Positions 41,082 to 51,166 are shown, numbered from the stretch's first letter. The stretch: 64,000 bases of DNA from an uncultured delta proteobacterium (GCA_963737905.1 CAVTUQ010000008.1:1-64000); one strand, 5' to 3'. Program-made: numbers and translations. Notes: generated by a model not told the origin, from the letters alone.

Positions 41082-41491
41082 TTGGTCTCCTTGGGTTTAA
41101 CAGCGATGGACAACTTGGTGGCGCCGGTCTGGCGGGCCTCATCCAAGATTTCCACAACTTTGCCATGTTGGACCCCGTCATCTGCATTGATAACCACCAG
41201 CAATTCGGGAGTCTTCGCCAACTCCGCGCTCAACGATTGGCGCAGTAACTCCTCCGAAATCGCACTCTTATTGAAAAAGAGTTGGCCTTCCTTCGTGAGA
41301 GAAATCACAGCGGTTTCAGTAGGCGGTTGGCTTCCTGTAGCGGCCTTGGGCAGATTCACTTGCACGCCGGTAAAGCGTGCCATGGAGAGAGTTGAAATCA
41401 TGAAAAAGACCAGCAGAAAGAAAATCGTATCGATCATGGGAATGATTTCGATGCGAGCCTTTTTTAAGTTTCTCTTTCTTTGCAGCCGCAT
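41078..41491 (-). CDS. exbD: Biopolymer transport protein ExbD
   Basis: IEIIPMIDTIFFLLVFFM, VNLPKA, INAD. Confidence 0.92.
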   Translation of the reverse strand: MRLQRKRNLKKARIEIIPMIDTIFFLLVFFMISTLSMARFTGVQVNLPKAATGSQPPTETAVISLTKEGQLFFNKSAISEELLRQSLSAELAKTPELLVVINADDGVQHGKVVEILDEARQTGATKLSIAVKPKETK

Positions 41492-42099
41492 TAGCGGGCC
41501 TCCTGTTGGGCGAGCAGAGCCAGCTCCAGGCGCGAAGCGAAGTATTCGATATTCTCCATCTCCTTTTCCGCGCGTGAGGTAAAATAGTTGTAGGGAATGA
41601 GAGTCAGAATCGCGATGAGCAATCCGGTCGCGGTCGCGATCAGAGCCTCGGCGACTCCCCCTGTCACTGCGTGAGGCTGGCCCAGTCCGGCGTCGGACAT
41701 GATGCCGAAAGAGCTGATCATGCCGGTAATCGTGCCGAGAAGGCCCAAGAGCGGCGCCAAAGTGATGATCGTATCGAGAATCACCAGACGGCGCTTGAGA
41801 ATCGGCATCTCGCCCTGCGCCGCCACTTCCATGGCTTTCGAGTAGGAAGGATTGCGGTGCGCTAGGCCGGCGGTGAGAACCCGCGCGGCTGGCAATGGCG
41901 ACCCCTGACCGTCGGAGAGCGCTTCCTTCAATTTCCCTTGCTCAACCGATGCGAGCATCTGCTCTACCGGCTGCTTCGAGCTGATGCCGCGCCAGTAGAG
42001 AAGGCGTTCTATGGTTACCGCGAGTGAAATGATCGAGCACAAAACCAAGGGGATCATGACCAGCCCCCCTTTGACGACAATGGAAATGATGTCAGACAT
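41491..42099 (-). CDS. exbB: MotA/TolQ/ExbB proton channel
   Basis: KGG.VMIPL, TLAPLLGLLGTITGMI, GVAEALIATATGL; start at ATG 42099. Confidence 0.92.
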   Translation of the reverse strand: MSDIISIVVKGGLVMIPLVLCSIISLAVTIERLLYWRGISSKQPVEQMLASVEQGKLKEALSDGQGSPLPAARVLTAGLAHRNPSYSKAMEVAAQGEMPILKRRLVILDTIITLAPLLGLLGTITGMISSFGIMSDAGLGQPHAVTGGVAEALIATATGLLIAILTLIPYNYFTSRAEKEMENIEYFASRLELALLAQQEAR

Positions 42100-42101
42100 G
42101 G

Positions 42102-42297
42102 CTACTGCAAGAGTCCTTTCTTGTTTTGAATTTCGTGTTCCTGTAATGTCGACACCCAGCCGGTTAGCCAGTCGTTGAAGTTCCACCGCCAAATCAGGAA
42201 AATCATCCTTCAGAATGTGAAGAGAACCGGTGCCGTAGTGCAGATGGACGGTTCCTCTTTCGCAGAGCGCGATTTCCCATCTTCGGTTTTTTTTCAT
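42102..42297 (-). CDS. Small hypothetical protein (WE...GTVHLHY), paralog of the 34003 ORF; in frame with exbB in this assembly
   Basis: RBS GGAGG; MKKNRRWEIALCERGTVHLHYGTGSLHILKDDFPDLAVELQRLANRL; a shifted frame ends KGLLQ* just before exbB. Confidence 0.7.
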
Positions 42298-42308
42298 TCT
42301 GGTCCTCC

Positions 42309-42380
42309 AACAAAAGAGCCCGATACTCCGCCGTGTCTCGACAGGATATCGGGCTCTGGGTTTCAAAACCTCTGGCCGCT
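42309..42380 (-). promoter_or_regulatory. Conserved RNA attenuator, copy A (tandem CCAGAG plus intrinsic terminator)
   Basis: AGCGGCCAGAGGT-TTTGAAAC-CCAGAGCCCGATA...GGCGGAG-TATCGGGCTCT-TTTGTT, then RBS GGAGG. Confidence 0.7.
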
Positions 42381-42405
42381 CAAGATTCGAAATCAAACAT
42401 TTCGG

Positions 42406-42597
42406 CTAAATTTCATTTACCATCTTTGCCGCCCTATCCTTTTCCAGCGGGACGATGATTTGCCTTTTGCATCGCCGGCATTTCAACTCGACTCCTTCCG
42501 GTACCAAGCGCGCCAGCATGCTGCCGCACAGACAACGAAAGGGTTTTATTCCCGGATGATCGTGGCCGGGCTTATCTTGGCCGTGTTGCTTCAACAT
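42406..42597 (-). CDS. Com-family-like zinc-ribbon protein
   Basis: FRCLCGSMLARL...VELKCRRCKR pattern resembles phage Mu Com; His-containing N-terminus. Confidence 0.7.
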   Translation of the reverse strand: MLKQHGQDKPGHDHPGIKPFRCLCGSMLARLVPEGVELKCRRCKRQIIVPLEKDRAAKMVNEI

Positions 42598-44636
42598 AGC
42601 TTTCTTTGTCTCGTGCGGCCTTTTGGTTTTCTCTGGCCATCCAGAACGAAGTCGCTACAAATGCGAGCAGCATCAAACCTTGGGCCGCCAATGTTTCGAG
42701 CGTTGGATATATCCCCAAGAATGGCACCTGCGGAACAAAACCGACCGGCGTGCTCGGAACCCATCCGGCGGCCTGGAGCTCCTTGATCCCATTGCCGGCA
42801 AAAATGAAGGCCATAATATAAAGCAGAGTTCCGGTGGCGCCGAAAAAGTATTTCAGCGGTATGCGCACGCCGAGCTTGAGAATCGCGAAAGTCACTACGA
42901 GCAGAGCCGCCAGACCCGTCTACGAAGCCCCAGACCACCGCGCCACGGTTGCTTTCGTTCTGTAGCCAGAGCGCTTGATAGAACAGCACGACCTCAAAAG
43001 CTTCTCGATACACGGCGAAGAACGAGATGCCCACGAGGCCGAGAATTTTTTTGCCGGAGAGAACGCTTCTTGACTTTATTTTGAATAAACGCCTGCCAGC
43101 GTTTGGCTTCGGTTCGGGTATGAAGCCAATAGCCGACATAAAATAGTGCAACCGCCGCGAACACGGAAATGAAGCCCTCCATGCTCTCGCGATGTTGGCC
43201 GCTAAAAGTCAGTACGGTTTGAGTGGCGATCCAGGTCAGGCCGCCAGCAATCAGCGCGAGGATCCAACCCAGGTGGATATAACGGATCGCCTCACTTGCA
43301 CCCATGACTCTAAGCATCGCCAGAATTGCGGCAAGGATCAGAGCCGCTTCGAGACCTTCTCGTAGAATGATCAGCGCGGAGTTAGTGAAGGAATAATAGT
43401 AGCCGGAAAGACTGTCGTCACGGGCCAGTATCTCGTGACGCCTGATCTAAATTGGCTTCGAGTTCCAGATGGCGTTTCTGAATTTCCTCGGCAGGAAGTC
43501 CTCGTCGGATGGCGTTGCGAAATTCGGTGAATTTTCCCTCGATGCTTCGACCAAAAGAAAGATCTTTCGCAAATAAGGCCGGTTCCGCCAGATCAAACCC
43601 GTCGATATAGGCTTCTACCGATTTTTGATATGCCTTTTCCCTTTCTCCCTTGTTATAGAGCTCGGAGGCTTCACGAAGCAGCGTGCGGGCGACTAGCAGC
43701 GGATCGTTGGGTTTTGTTTCTAGAAGTCCGCGCCGAAGGTAGGCGAGGGCAGCGTTGGCTTGCGACTCTTTGCTCAGCGTAGGGCTTTAGTTTTTCGACA
43801 AGCTGTTCGTCGGAGCTTGTCGCGAGGGTAGGTACGGTTGTTAGATCACTGGTGACATTCTTCGACTGAAGCAGGGAGGCGCCTGCCTTAGCCGAATCCG
43901 CTGAGAAACGAAGGGAAAGAACATAAAAAGCTACTTGCCAGCGCTGATCTTCGCTGAGGGCAGCGAAGGAAGCCATCGCGGTGTTCTCCACCCCGAAGCT
44001 AGCCACGTTGAAAGCCTTGAAAGGAGAGAGCCCGGCCATAAATTCCGCATCGGTAAAATTGGCCGGCGCGGGATTTTTAGGATTCATCGTGGCGCGACTG
44101 GGACCGTCGCCTTTGCCAGTCTCGCCGTGGCACTGCGCGCAGTTCTCCAAATAAATTGCTTTCCCGCTCGCCAGAGACGGAAGCTGTTTGGGGTAGGGAA
44201 CGATATTATAAGTGGCGATCAGTTTTTGTTTGGCACTATTGGCAAGCTCCGCCACCGTTTTTGGGTCGCCCTTGTTGTCAATCTGATTGGCAAGAGACTT
44301 GAGGCTCGGCTCAATGCTGGCCTTATCCGCTTTGTCCGCGGCTTTGAGCTGGTTGAGAAGCTCGACGATCCGCTTGGAGAATTCCTGCATCTCCCCGTAT
44401 TCATCCTGGTTGACGATCTTCCCGTCTTGGACAGCGTTTTTGTAATCGCTGCCCAGGTAATCGAGCAAGGCCACGAGTCTTCTTGCCTCGTCGTCGGCGA
44501 AGGCCATGGAGGCGCCGAATAAAAAAGTCAGAAAAATCACCACCGCTGATCTATGCGTTACGGCCGGCTCGCGTGAGACGTAACGAACGATTTGATTTGC
44601 TTCGGTTCACAGGCAGTGGTGTCAAAAAAGATCTCA
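42572..44636 (-). CDS. FTR1 iron permease with N-terminal cytochrome c domain (PbrT-like), frameshifted
   Basis: LLDYLGSDY..AV.DG, CAQCHG heme motif, REGLE and REAFE motifs, GIKELQAAG; start approximate. Confidence 0.85.
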
Positions 44637-44880
44637 TAGAGATTAAGCCTGAGCCGTCAGGAGAAATCGTTTCCTCCTAATCCACGCGCTTAGGCCGTCC
44701 ATGGCGAGCACGACACCAGCATCAACAACGAGATACTGTCCAAACGGCGATATTCGAGCGTTTGAGTCGTGACCTGTCTTGCAGTATTTTCATAGCTTGT
44801 CCTTCTCGCTGCTTGAACTTTTCATCGGCCGGCGTTATAGGGCGAAGAAGAGTCAAGCCGGTTGATGTATCGTCGCTAAA

Positions 44881-44900
44881 AAGTTAGTATCATCTAACTT
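44881..44900. promoter_or_regulatory. Palindromic operator for the DtxR-family repressor
   Basis: AAGTTAG-TATCAT-CTAACTT with perfect 7-bp arms; TTAG-N6-CTAA core as in SirR/MntR-type boxes. Confidence 0.75.
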
Positions 44901-44908
44901 GAGAAGTT

Positions 44909-44937
44909 CCTATATTGAAATAAATTTACTTTGTCAA
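44909..44937 (-). promoter_or_regulatory. sigma70 promoter of the iron-uptake operon
   Basis: TTGACA-N17-TATAGG; the operator lies just downstream of the predicted start site. Confidence 0.6.
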
Positions 44938-44941
44938 CCCC

Positions 44942-45613
44942 ATGTCAAGCTCTAAGGTTACTCAAGCTATCGAGGACTATCTCCGGACCATTTATGCTCT
45001 TGAAGAAGAGGTCCAGCCGGTGATTGCCGCGCGGGTCGCGGAGGAAGTAGGCGTTACGCCGTCGACGATGGTGAGTACGCTACGCCGATTGGAAGGCGAG
45101 GGTTATCTAAAGGTCATTCGGCGCAAGGAGATTCATTTGACCGCCGAGGGCAAACAAGTCGCAGAAAGGATTCTGCGCCGCCATTTTCTTCTGGAGCGCT
45201 TCTTGACAGATCTGTTGGGATTGGATTGGGTGAAAGCGCACCAAGAAGCCCATCGCCTCGAACACGCTCTATCGCAGGAAGTGGAGGACCGACTGGCCAA
45301 ACTGCTCGGCTATCCGACGACCTGCCCGCACGGCAATCCCATTCCAAGCAAAGACTCACAGAAGCCGCCGAAGAGCAGAGGGACTCCCTTGCATAGTATC
45401 GCGGCTGGGAAAGAGGTCGAGTTGGATTACATCACCGAGGGTGGGGAGCGAGATGCGCGACTTTTGGGTTTCATGCAAGAGCACGGGCTCGTCCCGGGCA
45501 CCAAGGTTCGCGTGCTCGACGTAGCGCCGTCAATGGGAGTGATGAGCCTAAAAGTCGGCCAAGACGAATTTTCCCTCGGCATCGAAGCCGCCAAAAAGAT
45601 TCGTGTCCATTAA
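44942..45613 (+). CDS. DtxR/IdeR/MntR family metal-dependent repressor with FeoA domain
   Basis: EDYLRTIY, HTH, RRHFLLERFL, EAHRLEH, TCPHGNPIP, GLVPG. Confidence 0.92.
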   Translation: MSSSKVTQAIEDYLRTIYALEEEVQPVIAARVAEEVGVTPSTMVSTLRRLEGEGYLKVIRRKEIHLTAEGKQVAERILRRHFLLERFLTDLLGLDWVKAHQEAHRLEHALSQEVEDRLAKLLGYPTTCPHGNPIPSKDSQKPPKSRGTPLHSIAAGKEVELDYITEGGERDARLLGFMQEHGLVPGTKVRVLDVAPSMGVMSLKVGQDEFSLGIEAAKKIRVH

Positions 45614-45657
45614 ATAAACAAAGTAAATGACTCAGCCCGACGGTGATCCGTCGTCGA

Positions 45658-45924
45658 TCAGGCCTCGGCAGGATTGTCGGGGTTTCGATCGGAGTCAGGG
45701 TTTTCGCGCTGACGCTGAGCCAACTCAGCCGAAAGAAAATCGATCTGGTCGCTAATCGGCGCGTCGCGGTCGATCAAGATCAGCTCCTGCCCGTTAACAC
45801 GGCAACGCCCGCTTCGAGCCCGATAGCCAACCTCCCGCAGTAATTTTTCCGTGCGAACCTCGATGTTCATTTGTCTGGCGGCGCTAATCAACTCGCTCAA
45901 CCGCGACTCGTGCTTTTGTCCCAT
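45658..45924 (-). CDS. Hypothetical protein
   Basis: 88 aa, EVR.E....SGRCRVNG...ILID; RBS GAGG. Confidence 0.65.
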   Translation of the reverse strand: MGQKHESRLSELISAARQMNIEVRTEKLLREVGYRARSGRCRVNGQELILIDRDAPISDQIDFLSAELAQRQRENPDSDRNPDNPAEA

Positions 45925-46080
45925 TGCTCAACCTCGAGTAGGATATTTCCAGTATCTCTTATCGAAGCGTGTTTGTAAATCGGCGCGGCGCTGATTAGCT
46001 TGCAAAATCATCGCATGTTGCTATCGTAGCGACGGCTTCCACAAAGGCTTACCCTGCGGGCAATCGTTTCAGGAGGGGCG

Positions 46081-46916
46081 ATGATCAAAAACATTTTGAT
46101 TCCTCTCGACGGTTCGGAGCACTCCACGGCCGCGCTCGATTATGGCATGTGGATGGCGGAAAAGTTTAACGGCACGCTCTTTGGACAGCACGTCATCGAC
46201 ACGATCTCAATTGAGGGCACCTTTTTTCACGATATTTCGGGCTCTCTCGGATTCGAACCCTACCTCGACTTTTCGACGAAGATGCGTGAGGTGTTGGAAG
46301 AGCGGGGCAAAGTCATCCTCGAAGATTTTTCCGAGCGATGCCGCAATCGGAAGATCAAACATCAGACCTTTCTGGATATGGGCCTCATTGCCAACGAGAT
46401 CTGCGAGCGTTCCAAAGTTGCCGACCTTGTCATTATCGGCCATCGCGGAATCAACGAGGAATTCTCCACCGGCCTGCTCGGTACAACTGCTGAAAGCATA
46501 ACGCGGAAGTGTCCCCGTCCCGTCTTCGTTTCGACGAAAAAGTTTACCGCCATCGCGCGTCCTTTGTTGCTTATGATGGCAGTCAGCGGGCGAGTTCGGC
46601 CATGGAGTCGGCGGCGGAGTTTTGCACGGTGCTTGGTCTCCCCTTGACCGTTCTCACCATCGCCAAAGAGGAGCAGTTGGCGGGAGCCATCGTCCAGCAA
46701 GCGAAGTCCTATCTGAGTTCTTACGCGATCGAAAGCCGTTATGAGATTGACCGTGGCTATCCAGAGCAGAAGATCATCGATTATCTGACCAAGTTCGATT
46801 ACGATATCCTGTTTATCGGCGCCTATGGGCACCGACGCATTATCGAAATGGTCTTGGGCAGCACAACCGAGTACGTCCTCAGAAAAAGCCCCTGCCCGGT
46901 TTTCTTGAATCGATAA
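46081..46916 (+). CDS. Tandem-domain universal stress protein (one frameshift near 46560)
   Basis: ILIPLDGS, DLVIIG.RG, LGTTAE; AYDGS, GAYGH, LGSTTE.VLR. Confidence 0.88.
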
Positions 46917-46941
46917 ACGGCCAGTCACTGAGAGTGAGGAA

Positions 46942-47748
46942 ATGAAATTTCTGGCGGCCGCGGTGCAAATGGTAGCGTCCAGCGACAAAGCGAACAATCT
47001 GGATGAAGCCAGGCGCTGGGTCTGTGCCGCGGCATCCAAGGGGGCCCGGGTCATCGCGCTTCCTGAAGTCTTCATTTGGCGCGGTCACAAGAGCGATGAG
47101 AGAAAGTCCGCAGAACCGATTCCCGGACCCACCTCTCAGGAATTGGCCAGCCTTGCCCGAGAGCTCGGTATTTATCTAGTCGGGGGCTCGATCCTCGAGG
47201 AAATCCCCGGCAACGAGAAGGTTTACAACACAAGCCTTCTGTTTGGACCCAAGGGAGAGCGGCTGGCAAGTTATCGAAAGATTCATCTGTTCGACGTCGA
47301 TCTGGCGCAAGGAGTTTCGGTCCGGGAATCCGACACCCGCGCGTTCGGTAATACCATCGTCGTTGCCGAAACCGAATTATGCCGGATGGGCCTGACCGTA
47401 TGTTACGATCTTCGTTTTCCTGAACTCTACCGCGGGCTCGCGACGCGCGGCGCGCAGTTAATCTTTGTCCCGTCCGCCTTTACCGCCTATACAGGTCGAG
47501 CACATTGGGAGCCCCTGCTGCGCGCGCGCGCCATCGAAAATCAAGTCTACGTCATCGCCCCGGCTCAGTTCGGGAAAAGTGCGAGGAGCTTCGAGACCTA
47601 CGGCCATTCAATGATCGTCGATCCCTGGGGAAAGATCTTGGCCGAACTCCCCGACGGTCCGGGCTTCGTCACAGCCGAAGTCGATCTGGATTATCTCGGC
47701 AAGGTGCGCCGAGAATTACCGGCGCTCTCCCACCGCAAGCTGGTGTAA
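46942..47748 (+). CDS. Carbon-nitrogen hydrolase (Nit1-like)
   Basis: LPE, YRKIHLFD, CYDLRFPE, RARAIEN, GHSMIVDPWG. Confidence 0.92.
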   Translation: MKFLAAAVQMVASSDKANNLDEARRWVCAAASKGARVIALPEVFIWRGHKSDERKSAEPIPGPTSQELASLARELGIYLVGGSILEEIPGNEKVYNTSLLFGPKGERLASYRKIHLFDVDLAQGVSVRESDTRAFGNTIVVAETELCRMGLTVCYDLRFPELYRGLATRGAQLIFVPSAFTAYTGRAHWEPLLRARAIENQVYVIAPAQFGKSARSFETYGHSMIVDPWGKILAELPDGPGFVTAEVDLDYLGKVRRELPALSHRKLV

Positions 47749-47890
47749 CTCACGCTTCAGAAGTTTCTCGCAATGAAACCAAGGGGGCTTACTGTAATCT
47801 TGAATAATATATTAAACCCAAAGCTCCTTCCTAACTAACGTCCGGCGATCTTCGGTGGGTGGGCTTCTCGCCTCCAAGCAGTGATTGGGT

Positions 47891-49366
47891 TCAGGGCGCG
47901 TGGGCGCGATGGTGGTGTCGCATTGTGCGCAGGCGTTCCTTGTCGACCTTTCCGCCTACGAAGAGTATGGCGACCACCACCCCGCAGACCGCGAGCACGG
48001 CGTCCACCAAAAACGCCCTGTGGATTCCTTCCACTAACGACCCGGCCGTCACAACCAGCGCCGTATTCAAGCCGAGGCCGATGGAACCGCCGGCGATCTG
48101 AAACATGTAGATGATCCCTCCGGCGAGGCTCGAGCGCGACGGATCCAGGGCTGTCACCGCCGCGGTGGTGATCGAGGAGTAAAAGAGGCCGACCCCGATG
48201 CCGAGGACAATCATGCCTGCAACGAGGCCTTCATACGTTGTCGTTGACCGGACCAATGACAGCATAAAGATACCGACGGCAAGGAAAACGGCACCCAGCG
48301 ACACAATCAATTTCGGCCCCATTCGTTCGTAAAGCGGGCCGGCCACGAAGGACGTCACGGCAAACGTACCCATCATCGGCAACAAGCCCGCCCCCGATGC
48401 CGCGGCGGAGTAGCCGAGCACTTTGGTCATGAACTGTGGCAAGTAGAGTAACGCGGCAAAGAAAATCGCCGACATCAGCAGTACCGCTATACACGCGGCG
48501 AGAAAGGCGCGATTCTTGAGCACATCGTTGGGCACAAGCGCCATCGCGCCGGCGCGTCGCTCGATCACTATGAACAATAAAAGCGCTACGGCGGAGACTA
48601 CGAAGAGGGCAACGATCAGCGGGTCGCTCCACCCCAGGTCGATTCCCTCGTCGAGTGCGAATAGAAGCGCGAGGAGGCCAATAGAGAGCGAAACGACCCC
48701 GCCGTAGTCTATGCGGTGATCGGAGAGCGTGCCTTGATCCGCGTGGACGACGCGCCAGGTGACTAGCATGGCGAACGCGGCGATGGGAAGGTTTAGGTAA
48801 AAGATCCAGCGCCAACTGAGCGCGTCGGTCAGGGCGCCTCCGATAAGAGGTCCAATCGCATTCCCGAAACCCGCCGCACCCAGAATTAGGCCGCCGGCTA
48901 GGCCCGCTTTGCTCTGGGGCAAGATCGCATAGGTCATGCCTAGTATGGCCGGCCACATCATGGCGCCGCCCACTCCCATCAGCGCACGGCAGGCCAGAAG
49001 TATTCCGACGTTCGGCGCGAAGCCGCCGATCATTGAGAAGACGGCAAAGAGGCCAGCACCGAGCAAAAATATCCGCCGCCGGCCGAACATGTCGGCGAGG
49101 CGGCCGCCGGTGACGATCAGCACGCCGAACACCAACGCGTAGCCGTTGATAATCCACTGCACCGTTGTAACATCGGCCCCGAAATCCTGTTCCATTGCCG
49201 GGAGCGCGACGCTCAAGGCGGTGAAGTCGTTGGCGACGACAAGGACGGCCAATGCCATTGCGGCGAGGCCCAGTATTGTCGATTTGTTGAGCCGATCTTC
49301 AGTCTGCGTCATATGCCCTTGTGCGTGTCTTGAGCTGATCGCTGGTGCCAAAAGAGTGGAGTTCAA
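47891..49366 (-). CDS. MFS transporter, DHA2-like
   Basis: VALP, QWIINGY, GRLADMFGRRR, GPLIGG.L....WRWIFYLNLP; start may be MTQTED. Confidence 0.9.
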   Translation of the reverse strand: MNSTLLAPAISSRHAQGHMTQTEDRLNKSTILGLAAMALAVLVVANDFTALSVALPAMEQDFGADVTTVQWIINGYALVFGVLIVTGGRLADMFGRRRIFLLGAGLFAVFSMIGGFAPNVGILLACRALMGVGGAMMWPAILGMTYAILPQSKAGLAGGLILGAAGFGNAIGPLIGGALTDALSWRWIFYLNLPIAAFAMLVTWRVVHADQGTLSDHRIDYGGVVSLSIGLLALLFALDEGIDLGWSDPLIVALFVVSAVALLLFIVIERRAGAMALVPNDVLKNRAFLAACIAVLLMSAIFFAALLYLPQFMTKVLGYSAAASGAGLLPMMGTFAVTSFVAGPLYERMGPKLIVSLGAVFLAVGIFMLSLVRSTTTYEGLVAGMIVLGIGVGLFYSSITTAAVTALDPSRSSLAGGIIYMFQIAGGSIGLGLNTALVVTAGSLVEGIHRAFLVDAVLAVCGVVVAILFVGGKVDKERLRTMRHHHRAHAP

Positions 49367-49471
49367 ACGCCCAGAATTGGACGAGGCGAGGTTTCGTCCG
49401 CAGCGGCTACCATTCCGAGATCGCTTAACTTGTCCGCTGTCCTTGGCTCTCCTGTCATTTTACTAACCGAA

Positions 49472-49948
49472 CTACCCTACGGCATTCAGGACCTTCCCCC
49501 CAACTTCGACCGGCTTGGAGTCGATAAGGATGAAAGCGATCACACAAGGCTGGGTGCCGCGGTTGACCCAATTATGGATCGTTCCGCGCTGCACGAGCAC
49601 ATCGCCCGCCTTCAGATGGACCACCGAGTCCGTGAGCTCCATGTCGATCTCGCCCGACACGACGACGGCATAGTCGATTGAATCCGTCCTGTGGTTTCGC
49701 GGCGCCACACCCGGCGCGAACTCGACGACGCGAAAAACCGTTCCGTTCTTCAGGGTCGTGCCGACCCGCCTCAGTCCCTCGTCGGCATCGCCGCTGTTGT
49801 TTACCGGAAAAGACTCCGTGGTCCAGACGACACAGGCCGTCTGTGCCGGCCGGCTCGAGGTGATGTTCTTGGAAACTTCGTCAATCTTGACGACCGCGCG
49901 GCCGTTTGCATCGTGTCCGGTCACTACTCGTCGTACTTGAACTGGCAT
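49472..49948 (-). CDS. Cupin domain protein
   Basis: RRVVTGHD..G, HRTDSIDY.VV.SGE, GD.LVQRGT.HNW.N. Confidence 0.9.
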   Translation of the reverse strand: MPVQVRRVVTGHDANGRAVVKIDEVSKNITSSRPAQTACVVWTTESFPVNNSGDADEGLRRVGTTLKNGTVFRVVEFAPGVAPRNHRTDSIDYAVVVSGEIDMELTDSVVHLKAGDVLVQRGTIHNWVNRGTQPCVIAFILIDSKPVEVGGKVLNAVG

Positions 49949-50158
49949 CGTTTTCTACCTCCCTGACCTTGGTTAGTATAACGCTGTGGGGTTATGGTCT
50001 CGGCCTGGATGTCATGATACTCGTGCAGCAGCATGACTCGGCTGCCTAACTTGCGATTGGCAGGAGCCTATTTCGTCCGCATTCTCACGTCAAGCTAGCG
50101 CACTACGAGGCTCAAAATGGTCATGAGATCTTCTAGGAGAGCCGGAGCCCAAAACCTC

Positions 50159-51166
50159 TTAACGCAGGAGCACCAAGGCGACTGCCACAAGCGCGGCAAT
50201 GAGGGCAGTGCAGGCTAGCCCGAGCGCCGTCAGTATTGCGGTCCGCCACCGCGCCTCCACCTTTCGCCACACATTAACGGGATCGGGTGCTGCAACACCG
50301 TCCTCGGCGAAGAGCGACTGCCGCATGATGGCCTTTGCCGAGAGTACCTCTTCCGTGGCACATTCGAAATGCCGCTGGCTTATACGCTTGCCTAGGTCGG
50401 GGCCTGGTTCGGCCGCAGCTGCGGCGGCGGCTTTGATGACCGCATTCTTGATATTGCCGCCGCTCATAACGTACTGCTCAGCGAGCCGGCGGAAATCCAC
50501 GTCCGGTGCCAGCGGCGTCTTTTTCGGATGAACCTGCAGCTCCCAGATCCGCTCACGCTCTTCCACTCCCGGCATCTCAAACAGCACATGGGTTCGGATA
50601 CGACGCTCAAATGCCGGGTCAAAGTTCGCCGCTAGATTGGTTGCAAAGATCACAATGCCGTTAAACGCCTCCAACTCGCGGAGGAGAATGTTGACGGTCA
50701 AGTTGGCTTCACGGTCAGAGCGCAAGGGAGCGCCAGCTGAGCGTCGCGTCGCGATCGCATCAGCTTCGTCAAAGAAGAGGACGGCGTTTTGCTCGACCGC
50801 CGCCCGAAATGCAGCGACTATGTTTTTTGGAGTCTCGCCTATCCACATCGACTCTGCCTCGGCATAGTCGACCACGAGAAGCTTCATGCCGAGCTCATGC
50901 GCGATAGCCTCGGCGCAGATCGTCTTTCCAGTCCCCGGCGGCCCCGCAAAGTTAAATGCTAACCCGAGTCCTGACGTGTGCCGCTCGCCTAGACCCCAGC
51001 GGGAAAAAATCAGGGTGTGATTGCGAACTTGGGCCAACGCCTGCTCCAAGGTGCGCCGGGTTTGAGGCGGGAGAACAACTTCCGCCAATGTGCGCTCCGG
51101 CGTGACGGTTTCCAGTACTCGTCGCGAAGCGAGACTCGTAAAGAACGAAATTAGAGGACTCGTCAT
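50159..51166 (-). CDS. AAA+ ATPase with C-terminal hydrophobic anchor
   Basis: GPPGTGKT, WIGET.KN, FFDEAD, ATN....D.AFERR; C-terminal ILTALGLACTALIAALVAVALVLLR. Confidence 0.88.
   Translation of the reverse strand: MTSPLISFFTSLASRRVLETVTPERTLAEVVLPPQTRRTLEQALAQVRNHTLIFSRWGLGERHTSGLGLAFNFAGPPGTGKTICAEAIAHELGMKLLVVDYAEAESMWIGETPKNIVAAFRAAVEQNAVLFFDEADAIATRRSAGAPLRSDREANLTVNILLRELEAFNGIVIFATNLAANFDPAFERRIRTHVLFEMPGVEERERIWELQVHPKKTPLAPDVDFRRLAEQYVMSGGNIKNAVIKAAAAAAAEPGPDLGKRISQRHFECATEEVLSAKAIMRQSLFAEDGVAAPDPVNVWRKVEARWRTAILTALGLACTALIAALVAVALVLLR

Noticed and set aside
41491-42396. 301-aa ExbB with a novel N-terminal domain
   Set aside because: The ORF-track start reads through a terminator. 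The HxH part has its own RBS and a free-standing paralog, and a one-base shift gives a stop just before exbB, so the fusion is probably an artefact.
34707-46916. Apparent decay or programmed frameshifting of iron-uptake genes and the USP
   Set aside because: Same indel pattern, with no consistent slippery sites; treated as sequencing error.
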